Assembly: GCF_009914755.1 (NCBI RefSeq)
Contig: NC_060928.1
Direction: 5' to 3' (one strand)
Length of the DNA stretch: 64,000 nt
Source: the human T2T-CHM13v2.0 reference genome, Homo sapiens
The notes below the pieces were generated by a model that searched no databases, was not told the DNA's origin, and saw only the letters and a list, made by a program, of their open reading frames with translations. The position numbers and the translations under genes are program-made. This document shows, piece after piece, positions 1-12,524 of the stretch. Every line of letters starts with the position of its first letter. The stretch's first letter is position 1.

Positions 1-244
1 TCTTTTGTTTTGTCTAAGGAATTTCATTTCATATCTCAGGCAAAGATAATAAAACCATTTTTCACCATAAAGAGTTTAAATGTTTCTATTTTCATTTTGC
101 TTTTTATTCATTTAAGCCTTATGTGTTGTTGTCATTTGGCATTATAACAGTGGAATATTGTCTATAGGTGATCTCCACATTCTAGCATAAAGATTAGTCC
201 TTTTATGAGATGGAGAAATGAGGGATTGTGAATTTTTGTCGTTT

Positions 245-420
245 AATCAGGCAGTATGCAAACGTCTTTTATGAGCCAAGCACTGCATTACTGGGGTATG
301 GTAATGAATAAGACAGACACAGTTTATACCCTCAAGCAGCTTATACTGCATCAGAGAAGAGGTACATTAAGCAAATGGTTTTCAATAACTAAACACATTA
401 TTTCAAATGTAGAAAAGGCT
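245..420 (-). mobile_element. L2 (LINE-2) 3' fragment, highly diverged
   Basis: 'gagccaagcactgcattactggggtatggtaatgaataagacagacacagtttataccctcaagcagcttatact' resembles the reverse complement of the L2 3' end (gtgccaggcactgtgctagg...gaacaagacagac...gccctcatggagcttac). Confidence 0.6.
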
Positions 421-1239
421 TTAGATAACTACTTGGTTATAGGTAGGTTGGGAAGTACTAATATTTCTTTGTGTGATTTCTGGACACTGCATTTTTATCC
501 TAATGAGGCCTGTAATACTTACTTAGGTTTGTGTGGTGTTTGTGATGGGGATGGAGAATAAGGGATGAGAAAGTGTGAAAAGACACGTGCAGAATGTTCT
601 GGGAATGAGATTTAATAAAACACAGCTCTTGATAATGTATCAAGTGAAACTGCCCTGTTACTTCGCCTTGGAAATGTATGATGAGACCCTGTTTCCTCAA
701 TTCAGTTAGCATGGGTTGAATACCTACATAGTATCAGAAACTCTGTAATACAACAAAGATTGAAACAGCTTTACTTTTCTGAGAACTTATTTTAAATAAG
801 TCAAAGAATCACAAAATTTTAATATGATATGGCAGTGCTCAATGGAAAGTAAAATTTACTGTAAGGAGACAAAACAAGGGTTGAGAATAATAAAAAATAC
901 AACAAGCAGCTGAAAGAGGTAAAAAAAAAAAGGTAACAAATGAAGATGAGGTTGAGGGTAGGGAAAGTATCTCAAAGTGTCAAAACAAAGGTAGGAAGGA
1001 GGAAGATAATCTAAGCATTCTATGCATACATTAATTATTTTTGGAGGCTGCATAAGAGAATGAAGACATTGAATAATAAAGTCAGATAAGCTAAAAGTAG
1101 CTAGCAGTAGGTAGAGAGGCATGTAAGAATATTATAAAAATGTTTATAATTGTTTATATTATCTGTCTATCTAGTACAGAGGAAGTTCTGGTTCAGGAAA
1201 TTCTACAGATAATGCTTATGCTGTTTCTCATACGTATGA

Positions 1240-1425
1240 GGCTGTACATTAGTTTTACCTACTGCCTTCTACATCAGAATTGCATGAGGTCCTGTTGACA
1301 AGGCAGATTTCATAGGCTGTAGCCTAATGCCAGACATAAGAAGAATTTTTAAAATGGGACCACCCCCCATGCCAGTTCTTACCCCCAGGTGATTCTGAAG
1401 CCACTAACATTTGAGAATAATTAGA
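1240..1425. mobile_element. MER5-type hAT-Charlie non-autonomous element, diverged
   Basis: Motifs 'acatcagaattgcatgagg', 'gcagatttc', 'ccccaggtgattctgaagc' and 'tttgagaa' occur in MER5A/B order. Confidence 0.55.
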
Positions 1426-1667
1426 TAAAAGCCTGTGACAATTTCCTTCCCTACATTTCCTAAAATTTACATACACAAATGTATGCATACATATAAACCT
1501 TAAAAAATTGTTTTAATGGTAATGAGTGTATACACTCCCCTCCACACTTCGTATTGTCTTTCACTTTGTCCATATAACAGGAATCCCAATATATTGTGTC
1601 CAAATTTCCCTCTAGACAACTCCTTGACAGCAGATCACAGGCTTAATTTGATTGTGGAATACTTCTA

Positions 1668-2210
1668 CGGTAGTTTCTGTATTTCTTGGTGTCAGAGACC
1701 CTTTATATTCTTAAAAAATATTGAGAACCAAAAGAGCTTTCATTTATATCAGAGGTCAGCAAACTGTAGCCTGCAAGTCAAATACAACCAGTATCTTCTT
1801 TTTGTAAATAGCTTTTTTTGGAACAGAGCTACTGCCATTTATTTTTGTATCATCTATAGCTGTTTTCTCACTGTAACGACAGAGTTGAGTAGTGACAGAG
1901 ATCATACGGTTGGCCAAGCCTAAACTATTTACAATCTTGTCCTTTACAGAAAATGTTTGCTGGCTTCTGGTGTATGTGGATTATAGCTATTGATTTTTAG
2001 CACAGTGGAAACTAAAGCTGAAAAATTAAAATCAAGAAATATACTAGCACACATTCCATTAGCCATCAGAGCTAATGTTCAAAACTCCACTGTATAATCA
2101 TGAATGAGAATGAAAAAGGCAAATAGCATCTTAGTATTATTAAGAAAATAGTTTTGACCTCATATGACAAGCTGAATGGATTTGATGAACACAGTTTGGG
2201 AACCACTTGG
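1668..2210. mobile_element. Charlie1-related short hAT element, interrupted by MER58A
   Basis: The start 'ggtgtcagagaccctttatattcttaaaaaatattgagaaccaaaagagcttt' and the end 'cttagtattattaagaaaatagttttgacctc...cacagtttgggaaccact' match Charlie1-family termini. Confidence 0.7.
1750..1969 (+). mobile_element. MER58A hAT-Charlie element, about full length
   Basis: 'cagaggtcagcaaact...tttttgtaaata...ggaacagagc...cagagttgagtagt...cctaaactatttac...cctttacagaaaatgtttgctggcttctg' follows the MER58A consensus end to end. Confidence 0.85.
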
Positions 2211-2704
2211 ATGGTACATGGCAAATAGCAGCCGCTTAATACATATTTGAATGAATAAGTACTAACCAAAAAAAAACAGAAAATATTTGCATTGTTATAT
2301 ATTACAGTTTACAAATAATTTTCATGTCCATTTCTACTTTAGGAAAATGTAAGGAGGCAGAAATATCAAGGAAAAGGATTTTGGTGTAGGAGATATTAGA
2401 GCATGTAGGCTGAGTAGAAAGACGGCCCTAGCCTAGTAAACAGAATTAAAGACACACACACACACATAAATGTTAATTTAAAATAGACCATATAAATGCA
2501 CTTAATTGACTTAGTTTAGTATTTGGTAAACCACATAGACTACAAAATAGTCCCATAGTAAAGGAAATATAATGTAATAATCTAATAGGTGGGGGAATAG
2601 AAGAGGAATCTTTGAAACAGCAAAGCACAGATCTGCTTCAAAAGAAAATCGAAAATCTTCAAGCGAAGATTGCTTGAGGAAATTTTAAAATGGAAGACAC
2701 AGGG

Positions 2705-3120
2705 TCATCAAAACACCAAGGGTTCAGTCTAGGTCCTGCTGCTGGCTGCACAGAAGGCCAATGACTGAGACTGTGAGAGTATTGCCAAGGAAGTGCTTCA
2801 GTCGAGGAGATGGGAGTTCAGTCTCAAATCCATCTCCCTGAATGACTAAAATTAGGAGTTTCTATAGCAGGGAAGAAATGTAGAAAGCAGGAACTCTGAA
2901 TGGTAACGACACAATCCTGATGAACGAGGGGCCTGGTGTTTCATTGTCTGGATGAAATGATCTGCTGAGTTTCAGTTCTTTGATACTTTTTAAGAGGCCT
3001 GGGGATCCTTTCCTGAGAAAGGAACTCAAACAAATACAAGTTTCAAGCTTTAAGACCAGAAGGGTCCATTTCTATGTTTACCCAAGAACAAGTCTCCGTG
3101 AAACTATTGGGTCCGTTTCA
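2705..3120 (-). mobile_element. ERV1-class solo LTR (LTR45/LTR26-like; exact family uncertain)
   Basis: The reverse complement begins TGAAACGGACCCAATAGTTTCAC...AAACATAGAAATGGACCCTTCTGGTCTTAAAGCTTGAAACTT, typical of this ERV1 LTR group. The segment is GC-richer than its flanks. Confidence 0.7.
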
Positions 3121-4998
3121 ACACTACCTTCAAAAAAATTGGGGAAAACTGTATTCAGTGTGTAATTCCACTCTAGACATAGCCTGTATTTGTACCCTTC
3201 AGGTTAAAAAAAAAAAAAAAGGCCATGTACATTTTTACTCATCAAATGTAACCTTGAAAAAATATTCAGTGGTTAAAATTTTATGTTCTGAATTTCTGTC
3301 TAAATAAGATGAAAAATATGAAATTCCAAGAAAAAATGTTTTTGGTGTTCAGAAATGGCCAAAGGTATTTCAACACTTCTTTTATAATCAGAAGTTAATT
3401 TGAGAAGGGGTGTGGCATACTAATATACTATTATACTGTACCTTTCCATGTTTTACTTGGTAAAAAGTAATTGGATTTGGACTAGGATCTATTTATTCTC
3501 ATCACATATTTAATTGCACGCAAATACATGCTCTATCATAAATTAACAACAACCTAATTGTGGTTAAACAATGTATGATTTATGTTTGAGCCGCGAATTC
3601 AAGTCCTTGTTCAAAGTCTTTATGGCAAATGTCTCCTTTTACATATGTCACTTGACTATAAGCTTTATTCCTAGGAGAGATATCTAAGTGCTACACAGTA
3701 ACCAAGCATTCAATTAAAATAATGTTTTAAAAAAATGAGATCAGCAATTATGAACCTAAACTCATCTAGAAACAATTTGTTCTATTACATTATCGAAAAC
3801 AAATGCAAACAAACTTCAGAAAGCCATGGTGTTTTACCTCCTTCAATATTATATTGACATTATTTGCACAGCAGGATTAGAAAGTAATCCCTGTGGAGAT
3901 ATTAAGAAAATCATTTATTTTTCTGTTAGATACACAAATGGGTGACTGTGTATTATACAATACATAATGGCTTTTAACTGGGAGACATAAAAATTGAATA
4001 TCACTACCATGTGTGACATGTGAATTTTGATATAATATTTATAAATATTTTAGTAGTTACCATTTACCAGATGGGAGTGATGTGTGTCTTTGTGAGCATG
4101 AAACATCTTTTTTATGATAATAGTCTACACTTGAGATAATTGATTCTGATTTTGCAATATGGATGCAAGTTCTCTGTACTATATACAGTATTCCTAGCTT
4201 TTAGCAAATCAAATAATCCCAAACATAAATACACATCAAGATGAATGTTAGTAATCCATTTGACTAATGAATATTAAATTGAAATGTTTTACCTCTGTGT
4301 CTGCTATAATTTGAAACCAAAAGGCTGAACAAGCTTGCATGTACATTTCTATTATCAAATGTAACCTTGAAAAAATAACTTTAATATTTTAACATGGAGA
4401 AAATGACATGGAAGCCCATGTTCTATTAGACATAAAGCATTAGACTGTTACTGTCTATATGAAGGTGGTAAACTAACATTCCTCCATATTTTGTAATCTG
4501 GAAGAAATACCTGCTCAATCTCTGTTAGGAGGTGAGCAGGGAACTTTAGCCCCAATTTTCTTTATCCTTTTAGGATCATTTCCTCTCCTCTCAGATCTCT
4601 ATTACCTCTATCATCACCTTTCTGAAATGCTATGGATTTATTTAAAGTTACTTAGACTAGTCTTTATGTGAGTTCTATAGTTGCCACGAGCAACAATACA
4701 AATAAAACATTACAGGGTCACTCTTTCCTTTTCTACTGATTAACACAATGGATTATCTGGCCAGCGTCCTGCTTATGAATTGGTGTGTCTGAGAATGCTA
4801 TGGCAGTGATTTTATAAGTCTTTCAAGCGAGCATGTGTAATTTTAGCATTTCTTGATGCATCCTTGAAGAGCTGCTCTTTGGTGCTTTCAATCATTTTAA
4901 TGAGGTATCTTAGTTTGATTTACAAATTTGGTAAACATGACTTGGTGTTGTTATGTTTAGACTTTGGTTCTTATTTCATACTGTGTGTTGTAAGAGTT

Positions 4999-5214
4999 CT
5001 TTTTTTTTTTAATACTTTATGTTTTAGGGTACATGTGCACAATGTGCCAGTTAGTTACTTATGTATACATGTGCCATGTTGGTGTGCTGCACCCATTAAC
5101 TCGTCATTTGGCATTAGGTATATCTCCTAATGCTATCCCTCCCCCCTCCCCCCACCACACAACAGTCCCCAGAGTGTGATGTTCCCCTTCCTGTGTCCGC
5201 GTGTTCTCATTGTT
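4999..5214 (-). mobile_element. Young L1PA (L1PA2/3-like) 3' UTR fragment, severely 5'-truncated
   Basis: A poly-T tail is followed by 'ttttagggtacatgtgcacaatgtg...cattaggtatatctcctaatgctatccctcccccctcccccc...cagtccccagagtgtgatgttcccc', close to the hominoid L1 3' end. Confidence 0.92.
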
Positions 5215-5289
5215 TTTAAAATTAATGTTTTTAAAATTAAAAAGTTTTCTTTAAAAACTTTTTAAAGAAAAGTTTTTAAAATTTTCTTT

Positions 5290-6200
5290 TAAATTTCTTC
5301 TTCAATCCAGTGGTCATTCAAGAGCATATTGTTTAATTTCCATGTGTTTGTATAGTTTCCAAAATTCCTCTTGATATTTACTTCTATTTTTATTCCATTG
5401 TAGTCAGAGAAGATGCTTGATATTATTTTAATATTTTTGACCGTCTTGAGACTTGTGACCTAAAATCTAGTCTATTCTTTGAGAATGATCTGTGTGCTGA
5501 GGAAAAGAATGTGTATTCTGTATCTCTTGGATAAAGTGGCCTGTAAATATCTATTAGATCCATTTGGTCTATCGTACAGATTAAGTCTGAGGTTTCTTTG
5601 TTATTTTTGTGTCTGAAAGATCTGTTCAATGCTGAAAGTGGGGTGTTGAATTCTCCAGCTGTTACTGTATTGGGACCTATCTCTCTCTTTAGCTCTAATA
5701 ATATTTCTGTTATATATCTGGGCACTCCACTGTTGAGTGTACATATATTTAAAACTTGTTATATCCTCCTGCTGAATTGACCCCTTTATCATTATATAGT
5801 TACCTTCTTTGTCTCTTCTTATAGGTTTTGTCTTGAAATGTATTTTTACAATATAAGTATAGTGACTCCTGCTTATATTTCCATTGCTATGAAATATATA
5901 TTTTTTCATACTTTTATTTCCAGTCTATGTGTGTCTTTACAGGTAAAGTGTGTCTCTTGTATTCAACAGATGCAGATCGATCTTGTTTTTTCATCCATTC
6001 AACCAGTCTCAGTTTTTTTAATAGGGAAATTTAGTTCATTTACATTCAATATTATTATTGACAAGTAAGAGCTTAACTCCTGCCATTTTTTTAAATTTGT
6101 TTTCTGTTTGTCTTGTAGTCTTCTCTTCCTTCTTTCTTTTCTCCCCTTCTTCCTCTACTGAAAGTGATTTTCTATGGTGATATGATTTAGTGTCTCTTTT
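5290..6200 (-). mobile_element. Old L1 (L1MA/L1PB-type) fragment: inter-ORF region and ORF2 endonuclease domain, degenerate
   Basis: ORFs 5601..5909 and 5423..5725 give 'RRDKEGNYIMIKGSIQQEDIT' and 'GEFNTPLSALNRS...DLIDIYRPLYP...EYTFFSSAH', which are L1 ORF2p APE-endonuclease motifs broken by frameshifts. Confidence 0.92.
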
Positions 6201-8463
6201 TTTAAACATAGGGAGTTTATTCAGTCCTCAATTATTCCCAAACTCCAGATGAACTGTCTTTTTGAAACTCAGTTACTTACATTAATTCTTCATAATTAGT
6301 ACCAAAAGCAAAAATGTTGCTTCAAGAAATTCTACGTGAAAATGTATAATCTTGTTTCTTGGGGCATTTTGTATCCTAAAAGCTTTCATTGAGCAGCTTC
6401 TTCATTGAGCATATATGTCCTTCCTTCTTCTATGCTACAAAGCCAAATAGTTTATACTGAAAACATACTTAGCCTTGCCCTCACCAGTAGTATCTTTCCA
6501 AGTTCAAAATCAAAGGAATAGTTCAAAGAAATATTTGAAGCTCTCTTGCTTCAACTGCAATATTCACATATTGAAAATAGCAATAAATGTAGTATTTTTG
6601 TTTCTCTTGGTACTCTGTTTCTCTGTTTCAGTAACTAAATGGGTTAATTCTGCTTGCTAAAAGGCCTCAGATTCTTTTCTTCTTAATAACTATTCCAAAT
6701 GGAGAATGAACACTGAAACAACTGCTTTCCCAACTTATCTTGATTCCAAGATCTGCTCTGGTCTCATCAAGAAGATTTAGGATATGGATGGTTTATGTGA
6801 GTTGACTCAGAGACAGATTATGATCTTCCTAGTAACTCCTCTCCTCATTTAATCTAGGCTGTACTAGTAATTGCTTTCACCACATAATAGAACAAGTTAA
6901 TTGCAAAATTTTGCTTCCACAGGAACTGTCAGGTAAAATTCACTGATTTAAAGCCAGCTGAAATCTTTTTGTCAGAAATGTACTCACTTTTTTCTCAAAA
7001 CATTTAAATTGTTTAAATTTACCAAATATATATTTTTTCAACAAGTACCATACATTTTCCAGAAATAACAAGATAGTTTATGACCTGTATCATCTTTCCA
7101 CAGTTATAATTTTACATATGCAGAAGTCGGGGTTACAAGCTTATTTGAGGAGCTATTTATGTCTTTCAATGTGCTTCTAATATTATTAGATTGTTTTATT
7201 TCCAGACCACAAGACTCATTACTATTTATTCCATATTTAGATGATGATTAGTTTATAAGAATCTAAATATCAGTTAATATTAGTTTCGCTAGAAAAAGTT
7301 TAACATTCCAGATGCAGTCCTTTTTCCTACAAACAGGTGCAGCATTACAAGTAAGCTGCATTTAGATGCATGCTCTCCAGTTCTCTGTGGCAATGTAGGC
7401 CAAGTGAAGCCAGAAAAATTATTGCCCAAGGGGAAACATTTGTACTTCTCACTTCATTTTGCTACCTTATCACTAACAATATGGTATTCAAACAAACACA
7501 TATATTTATATTTATAGCTTAATTTTTTTTTTCCTTTAGCAATTCTGACAGCTTTGAGTTCTCCTCTTGAGGGAATACATAGGAATATCATCTCTAATTT
7601 TATTTTCTTTTTAACTTATTGCATTTATACCAGCTAAGGACTGTGAAGACAAGGTGAAAGTGTAAATAGGCAGGGCTGCAGTAAAATGAATAAGGCTCCT
7701 TAACTGGCCTTAATGCAATGCTTCTGGAGAAGTTACTACCAAATTGCAGTGTTTGCAACTTTACAAAACCCCTTAGGAAAAATCTAGGTGTCATCTCTCT
7801 AAATACGATGGTTAGATTTTTAAGAATGCTGCATGATGCTATGCTTGTAAATTCATTATAGTGATGTAGCCCAGACTCTCTCTAGGGATCATTAAACAGC
7901 ATGCATTAGGGTTTTGGTGCTACTGTACACAATTTCTAAACCTGCTATTCCATAAGTTATTTGTTTTACTTGAAAGGACTTATGGTATCTGTGACCACAA
8001 AATATTTGAAGCATAGTGATTACAAAGCAGAGACGGCATGCCTGCAATGCTCACCATCTACTATAGGAGAGAACAAAAACCAAGAAAGCAGTTTTTCCTA
8101 CAATGTGGTAGTTATTTACATCATTAATAAATAACATTTACTGGATGTTGAACTCATCTATCTTAGTTGTATATGAGGAAATTTCATATGCTTACTGAAA
8201 AGGGAAAGTTTATATTTTGTGTTATTCTATTATTTAGAAATGTTTCTAAAATTTGGGAAGATAAAGTAATATAATTCGTTCACAACAACCACTCAGTAAT
8301 GTAGGTCAAAGTGTACATCTCCTTTTAGATAGTAGGCAGCTTGGCAGGTGCTGAGAAATAGTATTTTTTCTCCTTGCCTAGAAGAGCCATCTAGAAGCAA
8401 ATGTGATCTACATGGAAAGGCAAGATAAAGATAAGACTTAGAAGAAAAAGATGAAAAACAAAA

Positions 8464-8500
8464 AAAGTGGGATTACAGGCATGAGCCACCATGCCAGGCC
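8464..8500 (-). mobile_element. Alu 5'-end remnant (about 37 bp)
   Basis: 'aaagtgggattacaggcatgagccaccatgccaggcc' is the reverse complement of the first ~40 nt of Alu. Confidence 0.8.
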
Positions 8501-8684
8501 TAATCTTTACTTGGAAGAATGACTGACAGAAAAACAGATCATTTAGATATGAGTATCTAAAGATCTGAGAGAGCAGATATCAAACATCAGGTGTGGTAAG
8601 AAATGTGGTAGAGGCAGGCATTTAGGCGATGTGTATTAGAAAAGATGAGGCTGTAGATAAGAAGTCAAAACCAAAAAGAATTAA

Positions 8685-9000
8685 AGCCAGGCATGGTGTT
8701 TTACACCGGTAATGTAAGCACTTTGGCAGGCCAAGGCTGGAGGATCATTTGAGCCCAGGAGTTTGAGACAAGCCTAGGCAATATAATAATACCCCATATA
8801 TACAAAAAATAAAAATAAAAAATACCCAGGAGGGGTAACACATACCTGTAGTCCCAGCTACTTGGAAGCTGAGGTGGGAGAATCGCTTGAACCAGGGAGG
8901 TAGAGGGTGAAATAAGCTGTGATTGCACCACTGCACTCCAGCCTGGGCGACAGAGTAAGACTCTGTCTCCGAAAAAAAATAAAATAATAAAATAAAAACA
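8685..9000 (+). mobile_element. AluJ
   Basis: Dimeric Alu with the J-diagnostic 'ggaggatcatttgagcccaggagtttgagac' and an (AAAAT)n tail. Confidence 0.9.
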
Positions 9001-9985
9001 AGTCAAGAAGCTGAATATAAAATCAGGTAAAGCAGAAGTTCATAAATTCAGCCATCAACAACACAAGGTCTAATTCTTAAACCTCATTTTGAATTCAAGA
9101 ACTCCTTTCACTTAGAAAATTAGTGTGGGCCCTGTAGAACTTTGGTTTTTATGAGCTATACTTATTGATGTCTGCTGTATCTGAAATTTAATCTTAGAAA
9201 ATGTGAAAATATGTTATTACTTAAAATGGTAATATTAAATTATAAACCTGTTGCATGGTAACATAACATTTTCATGAGGAATAACTATATTTTTCAAAAT
9301 AAATACAATATCATGAGAAGATATTGCTTTACCCTTATACAAATCTATTTTATGTTATCTTATTAGAAGATTCTGCATCCAATGTATTTCAGTACTTGGT
9401 TTCTGTTGAACGACTTGAGGAAAATTTAGTGTCACAAAGATGTGTAGTTGGAAAGGGAGGATTTTTTACAATAACCTTCAAATATTTATAAATATCTTCT
9501 TTGATACTATACCAAATTCAACAAGTAGTTTAAGTTTTAGTTGCAATGTAGAATCTGAAATCATATCAACAAACTTTTCACTTTACTAAATTAAAATCCG
9601 TAGGTCTACTGTGCTCTTTGAATGCATATTTACTCATGAATGATTTTGTAACAATGCATTCGTCATTTGGAAAATGCTGGTTCACTGAATATTGCAGATC
9701 TTGAAAATGCTGACGTAGTTTATTATATAATATCAAATCCCATTGATTAATATCACCACTGATTTAATAAAAAAACTTTATTGATAATCTATTAAGTTGA
9801 CTGTGGTAGATAAATTTTTCAAATTCTATTTTTGCTTGAAATTTTGAAATTTATTAAATTCAACAAGGAGTATAATTCCGTTTTCCTTGAATTAACAAGC
9901 TTAACTCATTTTTGAGAAAAATCTGTCAGATACTCAAATCTAGATTACTAGTTTTTCTGTCAGTCATTCTTCCAAGTAAAGATTA

Positions 9986-10286
9986 GGCCAGGTGCGGTGG
10001 CTCACACCTGTAATCCCAGCATTTTGGAGGCCAAGACGGGTGGATTATTGGAGGTCAGGAGTTTGAGACCAGCCTGAACCACATGGTGAAACCCCGTCTC
10101 TGCTAAAAATACAAAAAATTAGCCAAGCGTGGTGGCAGGCGACGTAATCCCAGTTACTCAGGAGGCTGAGGCAGGAGAATAACTTGAACCTGGGAAGAGG
10201 AGGTTGCAGTGAGCCAAGATCATGCCACTGCACTCCAACCTGGGCGACAGAGTGAGACTCTGTCTCTAATCATCATCATCATCATC
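9986..10286 (+). mobile_element. AluS (Sx-like) nested in Charlie1a; tail decayed to (ATC)n
   Basis: Full dimer from 'ggccaggtgcggtggctcac' to 'gagactctgtctc', then aatcatcatcatcatcatc. Confidence 0.92.
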
Positions 10287-10383
10287 CACCTTTAAATACC
10301 TATATGTGAATGGGAACAGTATGATCAGGATTGATTGTAGCCTTTCTTGTGTCATGTCCTACATAGCAAATGATGAAAATTTC

Positions 10384-10463
10384 AGATTGTGCCACTGCAC
10401 TCCAGCCTGTGCAACAGAGCAAGACTCTGTCTCAAAAAAAAAAAAAAAGAAAGAAAAAAAAAA
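10384..10463 (+). mobile_element. 5'-truncated Alu (last ~50 nt plus ~30-nt A tail)
   Basis: 'agattgtgccactgcactccagcctgtgcaacagagcaagactctgtctc' followed by an A-rich tail. Confidence 0.88.
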
Positions 10464-11894
10464 GATTGAATTTGATGAAGAAATCTGGCTAGACCAGCTC
10501 ACATTCCCAAACAATCACACAAGATGTCTATGCCTCCTTCTCATTTTGTCACATAGCGTAGTATTAAAAAGCTATTCTCAAGGGTTAATGCTTTTTTAAA
10601 AAGTATCTTTTTTACTGCTTTAATAAGGACATTCTTAATGAAACTGGATTTATGCATTTGTCTATTTACTTGTATAATAATAAATTTGTGGCTGTTGAGC
10701 ACTAACTAGTACAGTCCAGTGCCATGGCCTTGATTAGGATTAAAGCACCAATAGTTTTACTGATCATTGCTCTAATGACATCAGTACAAATGTGCGGACA
10801 AGGAGGATAATAATATCTCAGATAATATTGTGAAAATAGTCCTGACTTGATGGTCCCCTGAAAGGTCTTGAAGACTCCCAGGGACCACATACCACACCCT
10901 GAAAACCACTGGAATAGAGGCACTTTGATTGATTTTTCTAAATGCCATGTCTTGAAACTCTTTTTATTCTCTTGGTTTATTTTTTGGTTTGTTTTTGATG
11001 CTCATATTCATACAGAGCAGAAGCAGTAGCCCTGTAACAATTTCCTGTCTTTACTTTTTGAGTTCCTTAAGATATAGCATTAAATTGAGTTTTAAGTTGC
11101 TCTTTCATTCATGAAATATCTGTAGAGGGCTTACCATGTCCTGTGCATTGTTTTAGAAACTTGACAACACCTCTTTGTAAACATTATTGTTGACATTGGA
11201 GTGGGAGTTATCTCCCTACTTTTTATTCCTTTTGGACATGTAGATGGGGTACCTGACCAAAAATAAAAATTTTAAAAAAACATAGTAAATATACCATCCT
11301 GCTCTCTGCCCTCCTCCACCCTTCTCAATCTCCTTTACCTCCTTTTACACTCCCTACGAGTCCAATGGATATCAGGTGCACACCTGGCAGCAACCACACA
11401 ATTGAGAAGCAATTTTGTTGTTGTTGCATGCATTTTTCTTTAGAGATAATCCCTTTGACTATCATCCTAGACCTCTTTATATTCTTCCAAGAAACTCGCT
11501 TCATCATTTGGTTTTCAGCATGTATTTGTTTCACATATACAAGCTTTGCTCTAGTGTGTAGTAATTTAAGGAATGCATTTTTATTCTGTTAATCTGTTCC
11601 ATAATTATGATATTCGACAATGTCTCTTCCATTTTATGGTCATAGCCCTTCTTTCTGAACCCTGTTTGATCTATTTTTCCACCTGGCTCTTCATTTCTAG
11701 CCCCAACCTCAAAGCTATTTAGGTTTTTTACCTCCATTTTTGTCACTAGAGAAATCTATCTCTTCTTAAACTGTTAAATTCATGACTTCTTAATATCTAG
11801 TTAAAATTACAGATTTCATAGCCACCTCCTTCTCCAAGTTGGCCTTTATTCCCTGGGATGATGTGTCTAGCTTTCGTCTTCATTTCTGTTTATA

Positions 11895-12245
11895 ATTTCA
11901 CCTTTTATTTTAGGTTCAGGGGCTACATATGCAGGTTTGTTACATGGTATATCGTGTGATGCTGAACTTTGGAGTACAGATGATCCCACCATCCTGGTAC
12001 TGAGTATATAGTACCTAATAGGTATTTTTTGAGTCTTTGGCCCCCTTCATCTCTCCTCCCTCTGGCAGTCCCCAGTATGTATTGTACTCATCTTTATGTC
12101 TATGTGTACCCAGTGTTTAGCTCCCTTTTGTAAGTGAGAACATGAAGTATTTGGTTTTCTGTTCCTGCATTAATTTGCTAGGATAATGGTCTCCCACTGC
12201 ATTCATGTTGCTACAAAGACATAATTTTTTATAGCTATGTAATAT
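11895..12245 (-). mobile_element. L1PB / old L1PA 3' end fragment
   Basis: 'ttttattttaggttcaggggctacatatgcaggtttgttacatgg...tgatgctga...taagtgagaacatgaagtatttggttttctgttcctgcattaatttgctaggataatgg'. Confidence 0.85.
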
Positions 12246-12524
12246 CCCTTTGCTTACAGCTTGATCTCTTCAGACCTTGCTTTTAGTTGCTTATCAGGTC
12301 TTCCCCTTTGGTTTAGATTCCTACATTCTTGGACTCCTGTGCTCCTCTCTCTACCTTTGTTTTGTCTAATCCACCTGCATTCCCACTGTCCACCTCACGT
12401 ATTCATAATTCCCCTTTCTGGGAAGATGAAGTGACGTGAATTCTTTACTCACCCTTCCAGCTTAGATTGCACTCCAGTTTAAATATTTCAGTCAGCTCTC
12501 CACACAAAAAATACTTGAAACAAA

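Larger units (their letters stand above)
9070..10911. mobile_element. Charlie1a-like hAT element (about 1.45 kb after removing two nested Alus)
   Basis: The internal 'cttctttgatactataccaaattcaacaagtag...gttgcaatgtagaatctgaaatcatatcaa' and the end 'gaaaatagtcctgacttgatggtcccctgaaaggtctt...ggaccac...gaaaaccactg' match Charlie1. Confidence 0.8.
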
